64,000 bases of DNA, from assembly GCA_017499595.2 (NCBI GenBank), contig CM039009.1:744001-808000 (forward strand). The letters are read 5' to 3'. Origin of the DNA: Psilocybe cubensis (lineage: Eukaryota). The translations under genes were made by a program, and so were the position numbers. The notes beneath the pieces are model-generated. The model was given only the letters and a program-made list of their open reading frames with translations, ran no database searches and was not told where the DNA came from. Below, piece by piece: positions 61,111-64,000 of the stretch (its first letter is position 1; each line of letters opens with the position of its first letter).

Positions 61111-62885
61111 ATGTGAAGACTAATCGTTTTGTATTCTGAAAGCAGATATTTGGCAAAGAGAAACAGGTAATGGTATCGACGACCTCGATGAATGCATTTC
61201 GCAAACAAAACAATAAGTAACCGAAAAAACAAGGTGCCTTAATGGTTCAAGACGATGGACGCACAATAGGAGTGATGATTACGTGATCTACTTTCCTGCC
61301 TTGTCGGCTACGTTGCCCAGACTCCACCACAACGACCACAACGACGAGGAGAGTCGCGCTGCTTGTCTTGCATGCCCGCCACATCTTTCCCAACGATATA
61401 TCATATCTTGCACACCATCCAACCACCCCACAATCCATTCAAGAGCTGGTCGTCTTGCTGTATACTCAATGAGTAAATTTCGAATATCTAGTGCGGTGCG
61501 TTGTTTGGGCGTACACATTGCCTGTTGATGTTCGTATGTCGGTCGTTGACTCAGGCCCGAAAACGAGTAGGCCATGATTATCTTATTGCCCATCGCCCTG
61601 CCTCCCCATACACGCCGTCGAGGAGTTTCATAGACCGCTCATATTGCCCCCTGTTACACCCTCTGCCTTCACGACGACGGACGGCACCGGTCGCCTGTCA
61701 CCCCTACGTACGTCTTGAATTTTCTCTAGCAGTCGAACACGCGAACATGCCTCTCACCGCCCATACTCCACCGCTGCGCCATGTAGAGACCCAAGGCCCG
61801 TCAAGAACAGATACAGCAGGCTTGTCACACAAGTCAAGGACCTGGGCTTCAGTCTCTTCCCAGTTTCGCGCCCCCCGACGCTCTCCTCCTCCTCATTCAT
61901 GCTCTATGCCACTGAGAAGATCGTAGTCGGCGTGACCGACGTCTGGTACGTCTTCCGTTTTGTCCACCGCTCATAACTGAACTCACTTTTACGGGCGTAC
62001 CTTTACAGCCTTTGTTCATAACCTGCAAAGGGGTGTACTACTCACGGAGTATTGGAACGGTTGGTTTCCTACGTCAGGGCGTGTCTGTATACATAGTACA
62101 GGAGCCGGTAAGTGACCAAAACTTTCGGGCCGTTATGATCAAAGTTCAAATTCAATTTGTTGAAACGCGACAGACGTAAACTTGGAAATTTCTCTAGGAC
62201 CCCAGTACGCATGTCCGTTCATACCCAATTTTATCCCCTATCCCTGGTGCATTAATGTTTACTCAAACGCACTATTAAAACCCATGAAGGACCGGTCGGA
62301 CTAATGCAGGAATTGAGACCTATATCAGATGGACTTCGGAAATGAATTTTGGGCGCTTGGCGATCAACTCGAGATAACGGAAGTCCTGAAAATGCATCGG
62401 CGGCTAAGCTACACTCGGATTGAATTTTGTGCGGTATTGAACCCACATGCCAGGTCTGAAACTTCTACATTGAGATGTCTTCGGTATTATATTGACCCTC
62501 AGTCACACCACCTCAGATTTGTGCCACCGAAGAGAACTCGCGGTCGTGTTCGCACCCAAAATAGTTCAATTAGAATAGAAGATGTTTTAACGAATTTTCT
62601 CTGTTAGATTATCACTGGGGAACTGAAAATAAACAGGTAGTACATGAGGCTGCATCGCGGAGACTGCCTTTATATCTGGTCGGTATCCTTTCCGTTGGCA
62701 AATTTCTGTTTGAATCCCACTTCCACTATCAGAGACGCCACTTCCAGTCCACCCTAAACGATGATGAAGCCACGTCAAACTCAAAAAAAGAACAAAAAAC
62801 CGACTCCAGAGGCACCAGTTACGACCCCACCCAGTGGTCCCAAATCTCTGTGAGCACCGATTTACTTGGCGCAGCATTTCATACA

Positions 62886-64000
62886 ATGCTTATCCTTAAT
62901 AGCGATCTTCTGTTTATTCATGACTGCACGGCAAGTCAAACTCCTTACATCTCAGGGACCGTCAGTCGTTGTTTGGAGATTGTTAGTGTCATCCAAGGAC
63001 TCGGGAACCTCGATACGCGTAAAGAGGGGATGCGCGTTGGCCTGATTGCGTTTTGTGATCATGGTAAAGATGAAGACTTCGTTACCAAGGACTTTGGTGG
63101 ATTTACATTCGACGTCGAACAATTCTACCATAATCTCAGGTCCCTGGAGGCTAATGGAGGCTCGGATTATCCTGAAGCCGTTACTGCTGCATTGGAGCAT
63201 AGTCTTAGGCTTGAATGGAGGACTGATGCAGCAAAGCTGGTAATCTTAATTACGGACGCCGCCCCACATGGGATTGGCGAAGAAGATGATGAATTCCCGC
63301 AGGGAGATCCAAACGGTAGGTGAATTTATGCCTTGATATCGACAAAGTTAATAAATTGGTTTAGGTCATGACCCTCTGAAGATCGCAAAGAAGATGGCAG
63401 AACAGGGGATAACGATGGTACATCATTTTTGTTAGTTCGTTTCAGCAGCACTGTGGTGACTTTTTCTTCATTTCAACAATAGCTGATTGTAGCTTGCGAG
63501 CCTGTGCTGAGTAACGAGAACGATGTATGTACAATTTTCGATTTATTATCGTGCGGGACAATACAAACTAAAGTGTACTGCACAGTACGCCCATGATTTT
63601 TACTTAGCCCTGGCAAAAATCACCAGGTAAGTAAGTTTGTTCTCACCTCTGTTAGAATTTGTCGAGTTCATATGACATGCAGGGGAAAACTTGTTCCCCT
63701 GCTTGACGTTCGCGTTCTTTCCGCTTTCATCATTGGGTACGCTCTTGAGCAAATGGGGCTTGAGGAGCTTTCTCGACAATATTCAGAACCTATTAAAGGT
63801 TTGCACAAAAGTGGGTTTACCTTGAAAGAAATGGTTAATGCCGTCTGGGAGTGGTTATCGGGTAAAGAAAACAAGGTTTACGAACTCAAGTATAACCAGG
63901 TGTATGAGGAACCACCAGAGTTTGATGAGGTCGTGAACACGTGGGCTGATGGAAAGGATATTTTGTCTGTGCGGGAACAGGTACGGCGTAAGGCAAGTGT
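62886..64000 (+). CDS. von Willebrand factor A domain protein (vwkA/alpha-kinase-type vWA family); runs off the window end
   Basis: 'DLLFIHDCTASQ' (MIDAS DxTxS), 'RVGLIAFCDH', 'ANGGSDYPEAVTAAL', 'WRTDAAKLVILITDAAPHGIGE..D.FPQGDPNG/HDPLKIA', 'LIVACEP', 'AHDFY'. Confidence 0.88.

Noticed and set aside
62329-62640. 92-aa ORF MDFGNEFW... upstream of the vWA gene
   Set aside because: No recognisable motif and no confident splice path into the vWA exon; left unannotated.
1045-62880. Search of intergenic regions for pheromone (CaaX), MSDIN or KEX2-repeat peptide precursors
   Set aside because: No short ORF with a convincing CaaX end, MSDIN leader or repeated KR-flanked cores was found by eye; very short spliced genes could have been missed.

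Overview
Eukaryotic, intron-rich DNA (short 50-70 nt GT..AG introns with CTRAY-type branch points), with gene families typical of an agaricomycete (mushroom-forming basidiomycete). About 21 genes were reconstructed by hand across introns. Recognisable genes: a ZIP metal transporter, a nitronate monooxygenase, a cytochrome P450, prefoldin subunit 5, a DENND11/LCHN-like protein, a Nug1/GNL3 circularly permuted GTPase, an FHA-kinase, a vWA protein, four F-box-like proteins, and DUF6534, DUF6535 and 7TM-like membrane proteins. Main points of interest: (i) three paralogs of an unrecognised, probably nuclear protein family (24.6-26.5 kb, 51.4-53.2 kb, 55.1-57.0 kb) that share ordered motifs and an intron position, one of which lacks the N-terminal domain; (ii) a 10-kb array of four mucin-like single-pass surface proteins, three sharing a cryptic cytoplasmic motif R-x(0,1)-T-[ST]-[ND]-[VL]-Y-[FV]-x-S; (iii) a Chk2/Rad53-type kinase whose FHA domain lacks the phosphothreonine-binding residues, close to a vWA gene; (iv) two small inverted-repeat (MITE-like) elements built from short repeat units. 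No rRNA, tRNA or CRISPR array was seen. Exon boundaries are manual, and family names come from motif recognition, not database searches.
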